A stretch of DNA of 23,928 nt from Trichoplax sp. H2. Lineage: Eukaryota. Below, piece by piece: positions 23,804 to 23,928 of the stretch. The notes beneath the pieces were generated by a model. That model saw only the letters and a program-made list of their open reading frames with translations. It had not been told where the DNA came from and ran no database searches. The translations under genes were made by a program, and so were the position numbers. Numbering within the stretch: the first letter of the stretch is position 1; each line of letters opens with the position of its first letter. The DNA is taken from contig NOWV01000133.1 of NCBI GenBank assembly GCA_003344405.1, forward strand, positions 186,001-209,928, read 5' to 3'.

Positions 23804-23928
23804 CTATTAGTGTAGCCAATATTGAATAATTAAACATTGCTTAAGCCTATTTACGCATATTAGCTGAATTCGTATCATTTAGTTAAAGCTTAATATATTA
23901 GTAAATCAGCCAATTTAGAAAGAATTTT

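Noticed and set aside
1-23928. Prokaryotic features (CRISPR arrays, operons, IS elements), rRNA and tRNA genes
   Set aside because: The sequence is intron-containing eukaryotic DNA; no regularly spaced repeat-spacer array, transposase ORF or structural RNA signature was seen.

Overview
AT-rich eukaryotic (animal) genomic DNA with GT-AG introns. The compact introns and tandem GABA-B-like receptor genes suggest an early-branching metazoan such as a placozoan, but that is inference only. Three spliced genes were reconstructed by hand. (1) + strand, 5'-truncated, 6 exons, 112-3172: dynamin-superfamily GTPase (G3 DSPG, G4 NKWD), helical region with a hydrophobic segment, then a C-terminal kinase fold that has lost its catalytic motifs (pseudokinase). 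(2) - strand, complete 15-exon class C GPCR of the GABA-B family, 17480-5867, about 791 aa, with a GABA-B2-like 7TM and a divergent ligand pocket. (3) - strand, 23803-23264: two intact exons of an upstream paralog (end of ectodomain plus TM1), with no detectable TM2-TM7 exons of its own. Its last donor is phase-compatible with the TM2 exon of gene 2, which raises the possibility of alternative ectodomains sharing one 7TM module. Non-coding parts contain a 73-bp-arm inverted repeat, smaller palindromes and degenerate tandem repeats.
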